From positions 62,012,464 to 62,076,463 of the forward strand of contig NC_043011.1 of the NCBI RefSeq assembly GCF_006345805.1: a stretch of DNA of 64,000 bases. Reading direction: 5' to 3'. The translations under genes and the position numbers were made by a program. The notes under the pieces were generated by a model. The model had not been told where the DNA came from and did no database searches. It saw nothing but the letters and a program-made list of their open reading frames with translations. Shown piece by piece: positions 39,462 to 52,041 of the stretch. Origin of the DNA: Octopus sinensis. Taxonomy: Eukaryota. Within the stretch, counting starts at the first letter, position 1. Each line of letters opens with the position of its first letter.

Positions 39462-39750
39462 GCGGCGCAATGGCCCAATGGTTAGAACAGTGGACTTGAG
39501 GTCGGAGGATCGCGGTTTCGATTCCCAGACCAGGCGTTGTGTATGTTTATTGAGCGAAAACACCTAAAGCCCCACGAGGCTCCGGCAGGGGGTGGTGGCA
39601 ACCCCTGTTGAACTCTTTCTCTCCAACTTTCTCTCACTCTTTCTTCCTGTTTCTTGTCCCCGACTTCCTACGCAACCGCTGAGCCTGGATGCGCATTCAT
39701 CCATCCGTTGACGCTCTCGGTGTCGGGGGTTGACCTGCTTTCTCTTCTGC
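39462..39750 (+). mobile_element. SINE family D variant with alternative 3' end
   Basis: GGCGCAATGGCCCAATGGTTAG...GGTTTCGATTCCC head. The sequence diverges from the other D copies after CTTTCTTCCTGTTTC. Confidence 0.7.
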
Positions 39751-39890
39751 AGCTTTGGTCGGCCTGAGGCTATAGTAGAAGATACTTGCCCAAGGTGCCA
39801 TGCAGTGGGAATGAACCCAGAACCGGTAGTTGGCATGCAGGCTACTTACCACACAGCCATACCTGCACCTATGTATGTATATATATTTGT

Positions 39891-39963
39891 GCCGCCATAG
39901 CTCAGTGGTTAGAGCACTGGTCTTGTAAACCAGTGGCCGTGAGTTCAATTCTCTCTCAAGGCT
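39891..39963 (+). pseudogene. tRNA-Thr(TGT) pseudogene / retrocopy
   Basis: Perfect D arm (GCTC/GAGC), anticodon arm CTGGT-CTTGTAA-ACCAG and TTCAATT T-loop. The T stem has 1 mismatch and the acceptor stem only 4/7 pairs. Confidence 0.75.
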
Positions 39964-41048
39964 TCTGTTTAGTAGTCCAACCCATGCCAGCATGGAAAAT
40001 GGAAGTTAAACAACAATGACAATGATGCATTTGTGTGTGTGTGTGTGTGTTTGTCTCCCACCACATCGCTTGGTGTTGGTGTGTTTACGTCCCCGTCACT
40101 TAGCAGTTTGGCAAAAGAGACCGACAGAATAAGTACCAGGTTTACAAAAGAATAAGTCCTGGTGTTGATTTGTTTAGCTAAAAGGTGGTGCTCCAGCATG
40201 GCCACAGTCAAACGACAGAAACAAATGAAATAGAACAGTAACAGCAAGAACAACAATCGGCAAAAACAACAACAAATAAAATGAAAATAACAAATATAAT
40301 AAACAGCAAAAACAACAATTATAATTAGAAGCCCTTAATGACATCTTTTGGCAATTAATTGTAGTAATTTTTTCAGTTTTGTTTGATATCTTTTTAGTCA
40401 TTGTTGACAGTTTTTTTTTTACGTTCTTTCTTTTTTAAGTTGGTGGTGGTGGTGGTGTCGATGGTGGGGATGGTGATGCGGTGGTGGTGTTGGTGGTGAT
40501 GATGATGATGATGGGATAGTGATGCAGACGGTGGTGGTGGTGGTGGTGGAGGTAGCAATGACAGTTTGATGTTGATAGCGGTGATGATAATGATAGTGAT
40601 GATGATGGTAATGATGATGATGGTAATGATGATGATGGTAATGATGATGATGGTAATGATGATGGGATGATGGTAGTGGTATTGACGGTGATGATGATGA
40701 TGATGATGATGGTATCGATGACCCTATTATAGTTACTGTTGCTGCCCAAGTTCTTTCTGCACCAGTGAGCATCACCATTGCCGGCACCACCACCACCATC
40801 ATCATCACCACCACCACCATCACCACCATTATCATCTGTTGATATTTTTTGCAAGTCTGAAATAGTCTTAAGTGTTCATTGTTGTACTTTCACACTATAT
40901 GTGTGTGTGTGCGTGTCTGTGTGTGCGTGTGTATGAATGTATATGTATGTTTTTATATTTATATATGTATTGTTGCATATATATGTATGTGTGTATGTAT
41001 GTATATATATATATATGTATGTATAGTATGTGTGTGTGTGTGTCTCTT

Positions 41049-41088
<40 letters not shown>

Positions 41089-41319
41089 ATATGAATATAT
41101 AAATATATGCATATATACATAGATACATGTCATGTGTGTGTGTGTGTGTGTGTGCTTGTCCCCCACCACTGCTTGGTGACTGGTGTTGGTGTGTTTATGT
41201 CCCTGTGACCTAGCTGTTCAGCAAAAGAGACTGGTAGAATAAGTGCCAGGCTTGGCAGGAAGTTAAGTACTGGGTTCGATTTATGTGACTAAAAATTCTT
41301 CAAATACAAAAAATATAGA

Positions 41320-41689
41320 CTCTCTCTCTGTTTCTCTCTCTGTCTCTTTTTCTCTCTCACTCTTTCTCTCTTTCTGTCTCTTTCTCTCTCTCTGTTTCTC
41401 TCTCTGACTCTTTCTCTCTCTCACTCTTTCTCTCTTTCTGTCTCTTTCTCTCTCTCTGTTTCTCTCTCTGTTTCTCTCTCTGTCTCTTTCTGTCTCTCAC
41501 TCTTTCTCTCTTTCTGTCTCTTTCTCTCTCTCTGTTTCTCTCTCTGTTTCTCTCTCTGTCTCTTTCTGTCTGTCACTCTTTCTCACTCTGTCTTTCTGCT
41601 TCTCTTTTTATCTCTTTCTCTCGCTCTCTCTCTTTCTGGTTCTTTTTCTCTCTCTCTCTCTCTTTCTGTCTCTTTCTTTCTCTCTATGT

Positions 41690-41735
<46 letters not shown>
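41320..41735. repeat. Compound (CT)n microsatellite with higher-order TCTGTCTCTTTCTCTC periodicity
   Basis: Visible directly. Confidence 0.9.
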
Positions 41736-41737
<2 letters not shown>

Positions 41738-42229
41738 ATTATACCCTACATTATATAATTATAATTCTGTGTTAGTTTGGAGTGGAGTGGCTATTTAAGA
41801 TCATCACCTGACACCACTCCCCACACCACCCCCAACCACCCCCAACCAGCTCCAGAAGCATGGCTGAAACCAATACAGGAATGGCAGTCGATCCTTGAAT
41901 GGGTTTTTTGACATGCTAAAATTAGCAACCAAATCTTTTTCCATCTCACATATCCGGGTTGACTCAAAAAAAAAGAAAAGAAAAAAAGAGCAAGAGAGGA
42001 AGGATGCAGAAAGAATTGCTTCATACGATTAATCTAGACTAAATGTCTAGGTGGGGGTGGTCTCTCATTTGGAATGTCTTTAGTCATATGACTTTAGATC
42101 CTTTAGCATTTAAACCAGCCCTGTCTAGCCCCTAATATTCTATGCTTTTTATGTTCCAACCAGCCTGATTTGGCCCCTCACACTTACAAAGTCCTTCTTG
42201 CAAAGAGCACCTTAAGAGTGTGATCATTG

Positions 42230-42710
42230 ACAGAGTGGCCTATTGGCTTCCATGCCAGTGACACTTAAAAGGCACCATACGAGTGTGATTGTTACCAGCG
42301 TCACCTTACTGGCACTTGAGCCCCGTGCTAGTAGGGTATTAAGAGCACCATCTGAGCGTGAACGTTGCCAGAGCAGCTATCTGGCTTCCATGCCGATGGC
42401 ATGTAAAAGGGCACCATTTGAGCGTGATCATTACCAGCGTCGCCTTACTGGCACCTGTGCTGGTGGCATGTGTAAAAGATTCAAGTGAGGTCGTTGCCAG
42501 TACCACCTGACTGGCCCCATGCTGGTGGCACGTAAAAAGCACCCACTACACTCTTGGAGTGGTAGGCATTAGGAAGGGCATCCAGCTGTAGAAACTCTGC
42601 CAGATCAAGATTGAAGCCTCTGTGCAGCCATCTGGTTTGCCAGCCCTCAGTCATTCGTTCAACCCATGCTAGCATGGAAAGCGGATGTTAAATGATGATG
42701 ATGACATCAT
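42230..42710 (+). mobile_element. RTE 3' UTR fragment
   Basis: Repeated GGCACC/GAGCGTGATC units followed by the common RTE tail and (GAT)n. Confidence 0.75.
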
Positions 42711-43318
42711 TGAAATCTCAGAGCTATGAGATAGTCCATGATTAATTCAAAACGATGTGAATAATTAAGCATTAAATTTGACAGATTAATCTGAATGTTA
42801 AATGGTTAATAAGGATTAACTTGGGATTATAAAACAAGAAAAACACCAAGATTGGATGGTCAAATTTGGCATGTCTTTGATTGCTGTTCTGTTTGATCTG
42901 GGTCACCCAGAACTAAACAACTTATGCAATAACAAGAGGAGATGGTCATATTTAGAATATCTTTGGTTGTTGCTCAGCTCAATCAAAACTCATGTGAGGC
43001 AACAACAATAATTAGATGGGATTGTCATGTCAGGAATGTGTGATAATTGCTCGGTTTGATCAGCGTTGACCTGGAACTAAACAACTGTGAAATTACTGGG
43101 TTAAAAAAAAAGAAAAAATACTTTAGAAAGGTTAAACTTTCAGGAATATCCAGTTGCACGATATCTTTGAGGTTTAAGGAATTATTTATCTGACCCCTTT
43201 TCATACCAATCCTTATGAGACTGTCCCTGACTCACAAAATTCATATTTTAAAATGGTTTAGAACTAAAACCTTCTAGCAAGATTTCATGGTTATTTATGT
43301 TTCAAACACCAGCTTAAT

Positions 43319-43945
43319 CCTTTCTACTAATATGCACAAGGCCTGAAATTTTGGGCGAAGGGGCAAGTTGATTACATCAACCCCAGTACACGACTGGTAC
43401 TTAATTTATTGATCCCGAAAGGATGAAAAGCAAATTCGGCCTCGGTGGAATTTGAACTCAGAACGTAAAGACAGACGAAATACCACTAAGCATTTCACCC
43501 AGTGTGCTAAAGATTCAGACAGCTTGCTGCCTTAAATACCAGTTTAATTATCTTTTCTTCTCTAGGTACAAGGCCTGAAATTTTTGGGGAAGGGGGACCA
43601 ATCGATTAGATCGACCCCAGTCCACAACTGGTACTTAATTTATCGACCCCAAGAAGATGAAAGGCAAAGTCAACCTCGGCAGAATTTGAACTCAGAATGT
43701 AAAGGCAGACGAAATACCTATTTCTTTATTACCCACAAAAGGTTAAACACAGAGAGAACAAACAAGGACAGACAAACAGATTAAGTCGAGATTAAGTGCG
43801 TAACTGGTACTTATTTAATTGACTCCGAAGGGATGAAAGGCAAAGTTGACCTCGGCAGAATTTGAACTCAGAATATAGCGGCAGACGAAATACCGCCAAG
43901 CATTTCACCTGGCTTGCTAACGATTCTGCCAGTTCACTGCCTTAA
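43319..43945 (-). mobile_element. Cluster of SINE A copies inside a piggyBac-like MITE
   Basis: Copy 43319-43535 and dimer 43549-43945, each bounded by A(C/T)ACCAG(C/T)TT(A/G)AT. The host MITE halves lie at about 43190-43318 and 43946-44058. Confidence 0.75.
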
Positions 43946-44306
43946 ATACCAGTTTGATAATGACTAAGTTACTCGACTAAATTCTTTATTATTTCCAGAA
44001 TTAAATGAAAGAAAAGCAGTCGATTTCAATGGGAATATGGTAACAAAAGGGTTGAAGTAAACATAAATTAGAACCTTTCAAACTTTTCATATTGGTTTAT
44101 GTCTAAAACACCTTCCGTCAAAATCTTGTATCAATTCCCGATCCCAACACAGGATTAATAACGACAAAGTTGCTTTACTGAATTCTTTATTATTTTCAAA
44201 ACTAATTAGAATGAAAGGCTGTGTATTTCAGTGAAAATTTGGTAACAAAAGGGTTAATGCGATGGAAAGCCAAAGATGGAATAGTTTTGATTGAAAATCT
44301 AATTAA

Positions 44307-45019
44307 CCCTTTTGATACAAACCTGGTTGAAACCACCTCTGGCTCTGTAGTACATATGTCTTGTTTTCATAAGTTTTGAATTAAAATCTTCCACCAAACC
44401 TTAGTCACAATTTATGTTCCTAACACTAGCTTAATGATAACTAAGTTATTTTACTAAATTCTTTGTTATAATTAAAATTAATTGAGAGAAACACAGAGCA
44501 TCTCAACAGAAATATGGTAACAAAAGGGTTGAAATATATAATAGAGAAACAATTCTTAACCTTTTTGATACAAACCTCGTTGAAACCGGCTCTGTAGTAC
44601 AAATGTTTTGTTTTCATAAGTTCTGAATTAAAATTTTCCACCAAACCTTAGTCACAATTTATGTTCCTAACACTAGCTTAATGATAACTAAGTTATTTTA
44701 CTAAATTCTTTGTTATAATTAAAATTAATTGAGAGAAACACAGAGCATCTCAACAGAAATATGGTAACAAAAGGGTTGAAATATATAATAGAGAAACAAT
44801 TCTTAACCTTTTTGATACAAACCTCGTTGAAACCGGCTCTGTAGTACAAATGTTTTGTTTTCATAAGTTCTGAATTAAAATTTTCCACCAGACCTTAGTC
44901 ACAATTTATGTTCCTAACACTAGCTTAATGATAACTAAGTTATTTTACTAAATTCTTTGTTATAATTAAAATTAATTGAAAAAACAGAGCATCTCAACAG
45001 AAATATGGTAACGAAAGGG
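44307..45019. mobile_element. Three tandem piggyBac-like (TTAA) MITE copies, 247-bp period for copies 2-3
   Basis: TTAA-CCCTTTTGATAC ... GTAACGAAAGGG-TTAA termini. Copies at 44307-44528, 44560-44775 and 44807-45019, with identical spacers. Confidence 0.8.
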
Positions 45020-45284
45020 TTAATCAGATTTGACCTGGGGTTAAACATTCAATGATATCAAGAACAACAAATTTATGATTCAGCAAACCTTTACATTCTT
45101 TCATGTCTTTCACATGTTTCAGTATTTTAAACTGTGGCCACGCTGGAGCATCACCTCAAATGGTTCAGTCAGACACATTGACCCCAGGACTTAATTTTTT
45201 AAGTGAATTATTTAAATCCTTAGCATTCAGATTATTGTCAAATGCAATGCTTATTTATTCATTTTGGTTGGAATTAATCATTTA

Positions 45285-45508
45285 GGCGTGGCTGTGTGGT
45301 AAGAAGCTTGCTTGATTCCAAGTTTCCATGGTTCCAAGTTCAGTCCCATTGTGTGGCACCTTGGTCAAGTGTCTTCTACTATATAGCCTCAGGCTGACCA
45401 AAGCCTTGTGAGTAGGTTTGGTGGACGGAAACTGAAAGAAGCCCATCATATGTATATATATATATATATGATGGGCTTCTTTCAGTTTCTATCTGAAAGG
45501 ATTCCGTC

Positions 45509-45548
<40 letters not shown>

Positions 45549-45760
45549 GTATATATTTGTGTGTTTGTGTTTGTCCTCCCACCATCGCCTGACAACTGAT
45601 GTTGGTGTGTTTGTCCCCGTAACTTTGCAGTTCAGCGGATGAGACCAATAAAATAAGTACTAGGTTTACAAAGAATAAGTCCTGGGATTGATTTGTTAAA
45701 GTAAAGATGGTGCTCCAGCATGGCCACAGTCAAATGACTGAAGCAAGTAAAAGAATTAAA
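45285..45760 (+). mobile_element. SINE B
   Basis: Head, core and tail, with a short internal inverted segment. Confidence 0.8.
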
Positions 45761-46620
45761 GAACATCTCATAGCTTTGAGATTGCAGTGATATGGTTGTT
45801 TGTTTTTAGAATGACATTGTAGGGTAGGTGTGAGAGGCTGGATCTGGTCAGTTTGAACATAAAAGGGGCAGAATATATGGGCCAGACATGGCAGGTTTAA
45901 ATGCTAATGGGTTTATCAATCCCCTTTGCTGAACTGCTAAGTTATGGAAGCATAAACAAACCAACATTGGTTGTTAAGCAGTTGTGGGGGACCTGCATAA
46001 GTGCAACAACACATTGTGAACTGTGCCTGGGAAAGAGGGGAGATGGTCGTGGTTAGAAGTGCTTCAATCATAAAATCAAGATGGCAGACACGGAGCTAAA
46101 TAACAAGAACAATAATGACTTTTGAGTGATTTCTCTCAATTTTCAGTCTATTATTCTCAATTAATCGTTGTGATTGCTAACGACGTAGAAGGAAGGAAAG
46201 AAAAAAGGAAGAAAGGAAGGAAGGAAGGGAGAGAGAAAATGACAGAAAGAAAGGAAGAGAGAGAGAGAGAGAGAAAGGGAGAGAGAAAGTGGGGAAGAAA
46301 GAAAGAGAGACAAAGAGAAACAAAGGAAAAAATGAGACAAAGAAAGAATGAAAAGGAGAGTGAGGGGAGAGGGAGAAAGAATAGAAGAATAACCCTGAAC
46401 CAATATGAGAGGAATAATTTTGGAATTAATCGCTTTCTGCTGCCATTCTTGAAAGTCCACAATTATGTGTGATTCTGGTGAGGTTTCCTTCCATTTCCTC
46501 TGACTTTTGCCATTTTTAGCTCTGACTGATTCCGTGTTGTGTTAAGTTTCTTACTTTATGGCACCGTTTTAAGTTACAAATGTATATATATATTTCATTT
46601 AGTGCGTGTGTATGTATACA

Positions 46621-46944
46621 GGCGCATGGCTCAGTGGTTAGAGCGTCGAGCTTATGATCGTGAGGTTGTGAGTTCGATTCCCGGACTGGGCTGCGTGTTG
46701 TGTTCTTGAGCAAGACACTTTATTTCACATTGCTCCAGTTCATGCAGCTGTAGAAATGAGTTGCGACATCACAAGTGCCAGGCTGTATCGGCCTTTGCCT
46801 TTCCCTTGGATAATATCATTGGTGTGGAGAGGGGAGGCTGGTATGCATGGGCGACTGCTGGTCTTCCATAAACAATCTTGCTGGACTTATGCCTCGGAGG
46901 GTATCTTTCTAAGTCCAACCCCACGGTCAGTCATGACCGAAGGG
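46621..46944 (+). mobile_element. SINE family C
   Basis: GGCGCATGGCTCAGTGGTTAGAGCG...GAGTTCGATTCCC, similar to 2999-3334. Confidence 0.85.
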
Positions 46945-47280
46945 CGTCTTCTCCTCCTCCTCCTGTATACAGATATGTGTATCTGTGTGTATGTGTATGC
47001 ATATATATATATGCATGTGTATATATATATATAACGCTCAGAAATAGAACAAGTCTTTTACGTTTCGAGCCTACGCTCTTCTACAGAAAGGGATACAGAA
47101 AACAAGGAGAGAAAAAATGTGTGTAGTGGCTAACGATCTATATATGTATATATATACATATAACGATCTATATATATATATATATTGTTTTATTTATATT
47201 CCTGAGCGCCATACTAATACAATTGTTTGTTTGTACTCCACCTGCCTTCGTCTTTTGTTTATCTTCATAAAGCTTCTCAT

Positions 47281-47317
<37 letters not shown>

Positions 47318-48394
47318 ATGTATGTATATATATATATATAGATATAGATATATATAGAGATGTATATATATATATATATATATACACGAACAAGACATCT
47401 CCTGTCCAATGGACGGTGCTGAGTTAAACATTTAAACCAAATTTTCTCAATACTTGTCTGACCGTCCCATAGGCCTCCCCTTTGAGAAACTCTGATATAA
47501 CCTAAATTTGAGATACCAGCAAAAGAAGAAATAAAGATAGACTTTTTTTTTTATTCCAAAGAAAAACGATTTTATCCACACAAATATGCAACCGAAGAGT
47601 TCCATCTCATTCTCATTGGTTTTAGCTGTAGGCATGGCTGTGTGTTAAGTTTCCTCACCAACCACAAGGTTCCGGGTTCAGTCCCACTGCATGGCACCCT
47701 GCACAGATGCCCTGTACTGTAGTTCTGTGCTGACCAAAGCCTTGCATGTGGATTTGGTAGACGGGGGAAACTGAAAGATGCTCGTCTTTGTGTGTGTGTG
47801 AGATCCATCTTCAGCCACTTGATAACCAGTGTTCTTTCGTTTATGTCCCCGTAACTTAGCAGCGTGGCTATAAGAAAGAAAATAGATACTGTGGTTTATT
47901 TGTTGGACTATAACCCTTCAAGAGAGTGCTGCAGCATGACCACAGTCCAATGACTGAAACAAGAAAATGAAAGATGAAAAGAAATGCGAAGTGAACTGGA
48001 AAATTTTCAACTTTGTTTGTAAAATGTTGGCCCATTTTTTGCTGTTTTTTTTTCTTTCTCATGAGTAATGCCTCAGTAATTTTTAACGTTCCATGTAAAG
48101 TACACCTAACATTTTCACTTTTCCTTGCAAAATGGTACCTCCCCCCACCACTTCCTTTTTCTTTTCTATCGTTTGTCTGAGTCATTTGCCTGCAGCCATG
48201 CTGGTGCAGCGCCCACCCATCCCACCGGACAGCTTTGGTGAAACAAATCAATCCCAGGTTTTATGTGTATTCATTTATTTTATTTTTAAAGTCTGGTGCT
48301 TATTTTATCAGTGTCTTTTGCTGAACTGCTAAATTGCCCATATGTAAACAAAACCAGCCCCGGCTCTCAATTATGAGGGGGTGGGGGACAAACA

Positions 48395-48700
48395 TTGACA
48401 CAAAAACTTGCAGACATAACCCTGCTCCTTCTACAAATTCGAAGGTCACAGCTCCGGTACGACAGACGAGTGATTGGAACGTTGGGGGAAAGAATTACAA
48501 GGCAGATTCTTCAAGCTGAGGCAAGAGGCAACAGATCCAGGGGTAGACCAAGAACAAAATCGTTGGATAACATCCATATTCTCAACCTTTCACAATTGGA
48601 ATTCTAGCCAGAAAGTCTAATAAGGGTTGCTTCTGACTAGACCCTATGGCAGCGCCTGAGGAATCCACCCCACAAAGCCTTCCCAGAGAAGGTGGATAGG
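48395..48700 (+). pseudogene. RTE/RTE-X-type LINE C-terminal fragment
   Basis: LQIRRSQLRY...RITRQILQAEARGNRSRGRPRTK matches the RTE C-terminal SQLRW.GH...RGRPR motif. Confidence 0.65.
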
Positions 48701-49559
48701 TATATATACATACATATATATGTATTGTTCCTATGCTTGTTTCAGTCCTTTGACTATAGCCATGCTGGGGCAGCACCTTCATGAACTTTTAGTCAAACAA
48801 TCAACCCCTAGTACTTTTTTTTTTGTAAGTTAGGCACTTATTCCGTTCCTTCTCAAATGGGTCAAATAAGCTCAAAGATGCACACACACACACACACAGA
48901 CACATACATAAATATACAGTGAGCTTCCTTCAGTTTCCATCTGCCAAATTTGCTTCCAAGGCATTTGTCAGCCCTTCGCTATAGTAAAAGACATTTGCCT
49001 AACCTTCCACACAATGGGACTGAACCCCTAACCCACATGATAGCAAAGAGCCTCTTAACCACACACCTATGCCTGCACCTATTAAATTTCTATGTGATGT
49101 GCACCAGTAATTTTTTTTTTAATATCCAGTGGAGCATGACAAAAAAAAAGATGACAGTCCCTGCTTGAAAAAAATATTTTTGCCTGCCCCCACACACCCC
49201 TTGCTTCCTACACAACCTTGAAGTACTTTTACCTGGCCTTGATATACTTACAGTATCTAGACATAAACTGCCTCCTTGATTTCCCAGTTCACTCCCAAGA
49301 TTAAAAGCTGAGTCATAAAAGAAGTTGTACTAGTTAGTTAGTAACTAACCAAGTTAGTGAGATTGGTGAAGAAACTATAAAGGTCAATGAGTACTCTAGG
49401 CTATTTTAGTTACAATAAAATTTAATATATTAAAAGCAGCCAGCTGGTGGAATTGTAGGCCCACCGGACAATAAGCTTGGCAGTATTTTGTCTGTCTTAA
49501 TATTTTTAGTTCAAATTCTGCTTTTTGTCCTTTCAAGATTGATAAACCAAGTACATATT

Positions 49560-50082
49560 CTTTTCTACTCAAGGCACAAGGCCTGAAATTTTGAGGGGAG
49601 GGAGAGGGCAGTTGATTCGATTGACCTCGGCGGAACTTGAACTCAGAATGTAAAGTCAGATGAAATACCTATTTCTCTATTACCCACAAAGGGCTAAACA
49701 TAGAGGAGACAAACAAGGACAGACAAACGGATTAAGTCGAATACATCGACCCCAGTGCATAACTGGTACTCAATTTATCGACCCCGAAAGGATGAAAGGC
49801 AAAGTCGACCTCGGCGGAATTTGAACTCATAACGTAATGGCAGATGAAATACCTATTTCTTTATTACCCACAAGGGGCTAAACACAGAAGGGACAAACAA
49901 AGACAAAGGGATTAAGTCGATTACATCAACCCAAGTGCATAACTGGTACTTAATTTATTGACCCTGAAAGGATGAAAGGCAAAGTCGACCTCGGTGGAAT
50001 TTGAACTCAGAACCTAACGACAGACGAAATACGGCTACGCATTTTGCCCGGCGTACTAACGTTTCTGCCAGCTCGCTGCTTT
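49560..50082 (-). mobile_element. Seamless trimer of SINE A
   Basis: One head and three bodies. Junctions GAAATAC|CTATTTC at 49668/9 and 49852/3. Confidence 0.85.
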
Positions 50083-51805
50083 AACAAGAACATATTCTGG
50101 AAAAAAATGTTTTTTGAGCTTTAAAGCATATAATTATTTAATCCTTTAGCTTTCACATTATTCTGGCAGAAGTAATATTTTATATCCTTGTACTGGATCA
50201 TCATCATCATCATCATCATCATCGTTTAACGTCCGCTTTCCATGCTAGCATGGGTTGGACGAATGACTGAGGGCTGGTGAACCAGATGGCTGCACCAGGC
50301 TTCAATCTTGATCTGGCAGAGTTTCTACAGCTGGATGCCCTGCCTATATATACTTAATTGAAACGGGGGAAGAAAGTATATACACAACGACCTACTATTA
50401 CTATTATGCAAGACACAACATTCTGTATCAAAGGTTCACAGTAAACTGCCAGCAACCCGAACTGCCAATCGCTCACAGTTCTTTAATTTATATCAATGAG
50501 TCAGTCCACCTTTAGTGACTTGGCAAGGTGGTCGGAAATCCTTCCACAACATAATGCTCATTTATTTTCATTCTTTTGTATTAATCATGCAGCATATTCT
50601 AGCTTTGAGATTTTGAAAGGGTAACTTAATTTTTACAATGATATTGCAGAGTTGGTGTGAGAGACCAGATCTGGCCAGTCTGATAATGAAACAGGCAGAA
50701 TATTTTGGTTGGATATGGCTGGTTTAAAGGCTAAAGGGTTAAAGCAATCTAAAGGAAGTGAGCTGGCGTAATTATGCACCCACTAGGCAAGATGTGTTGT
50801 GGCATTTCATCTGTCTTTATATTCTGAGTTCAAATTTCACCTAAGTCAACTTATATTTTTATCGTTTCAGGGTTGATAAAATGAGTACAAGTTGGGCCAC
50901 TGGTAATGATGTAATTAAGTTACTCCCTCCCCTCTGCTGGCCTGGTGCCAAAATTTGAAACCATTATTTAATATATTAACTCACTGGGTGTAAGAGAATG
51001 GTAGAGTGGTTAGAGTATTTGGTTTATAATCATAATGTCATAGGTTCAATTCCTGGACTGGGCAGTGTGTTGCATCCTTGAGCAAGGCATTTCACTGCTG
51101 ACCATTCTTATTTTATTCCCTTGTGTGAAGGCACAAGTACCAGTGGTTAGGGTGTTACACTTATGTTTGCTAGATCATGGGTTCAGTTCTTGAACTGGGT
51201 AGCACATTGTGTTCTTGAGCAAAACACTTCATTTCATGTTGTTATATTTATATTTCCCCAGTCTGCTCAGCTGTAAATGAGCACCAGCTGAGGGCCGCCG
51301 ATGGAGATTTGTTGTCTTGCAGCTTCCAAATCCTGGATTTGTTGTGGGATCAAAAGATGTCTACGTCTATCTGGGACTGCAGGCACCTAAAACAATTAGC
51401 AAAAGTATTGTATATGTTACCAAGCCATACTTGTTCATAGGTGATGGTCAGTTGTTAACAAACTATTAAGTAAAGTGGAAACAGTTTATTGCAGAATGTT
51501 AGAAATATTTTCTCATGGATGCTGACTGTTCTTATTTTATTCCCTTATGCTCCTGTGTGAAGGCACATGCCCCAGTGGTTAGCGTATTACACATACGATT
51601 GCTAGATGATGGGTTCAATTCTTGGACCAGGTGGTGCATTGTGTTCTTGAGCAAAACACTTCATTTCATGTTGTTTCAATCCATTCAGTTGTAACTGGGT
51701 AACCCTGTGATGGAATAGCTTTCTGATAAGGGGGATTGTTGGCCTGCTCACCTAGCCAGAAGGGTGGCATTAGTTGAAAGCTAAAATTATGTGAAGTACG
51801 TAGTT

Positions 51806-51964
51806 CACCTCTACTTGTTAATGAACCATGTCTCATGTAGCCTACTTCTCAATAAAGGCAGCTCTACCTGTTAGCGAACCATGTCTCATGTAGCCTACTT
51901 CTCAATAAAGGCACCTCCACTTGTTAATGAACCATGTCTCATGTAGCCTGCTTCTCAATAAAGG
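51806..51964. repeat. 3 x 53-bp minisatellite
   Basis: Unit CACCTCTACTTGTTAATGAACCATGTCTCATGTAGCCTACTTCTCAATAAAGG at 51806, 51859 and 51912. Confidence 0.9.
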
Positions 51965-52041
51965 TTATCCATACCTGGACCCTGGATTAGGACAACAGTT
52001 TAACATGTAATAATTAATGTCTTGAAATGATATATATAACA

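Noticed and set aside
44441-44888. Two identical ~67-aa ORFs suggesting a duplicated small gene
   Set aside because: They are antisense translations of the tandem TTAA-MITE copies.
46621-46695. SINE heads (families A-D) as functional tRNA genes
   Set aside because: They keep A/B boxes but lack proper acceptor and anticodon stems, and they continue into SINE bodies.
51806-51964. CRISPR-like array
   Set aside because: The units are contiguous with no unique spacers, the context is eukaryotic, and there are no cas genes.
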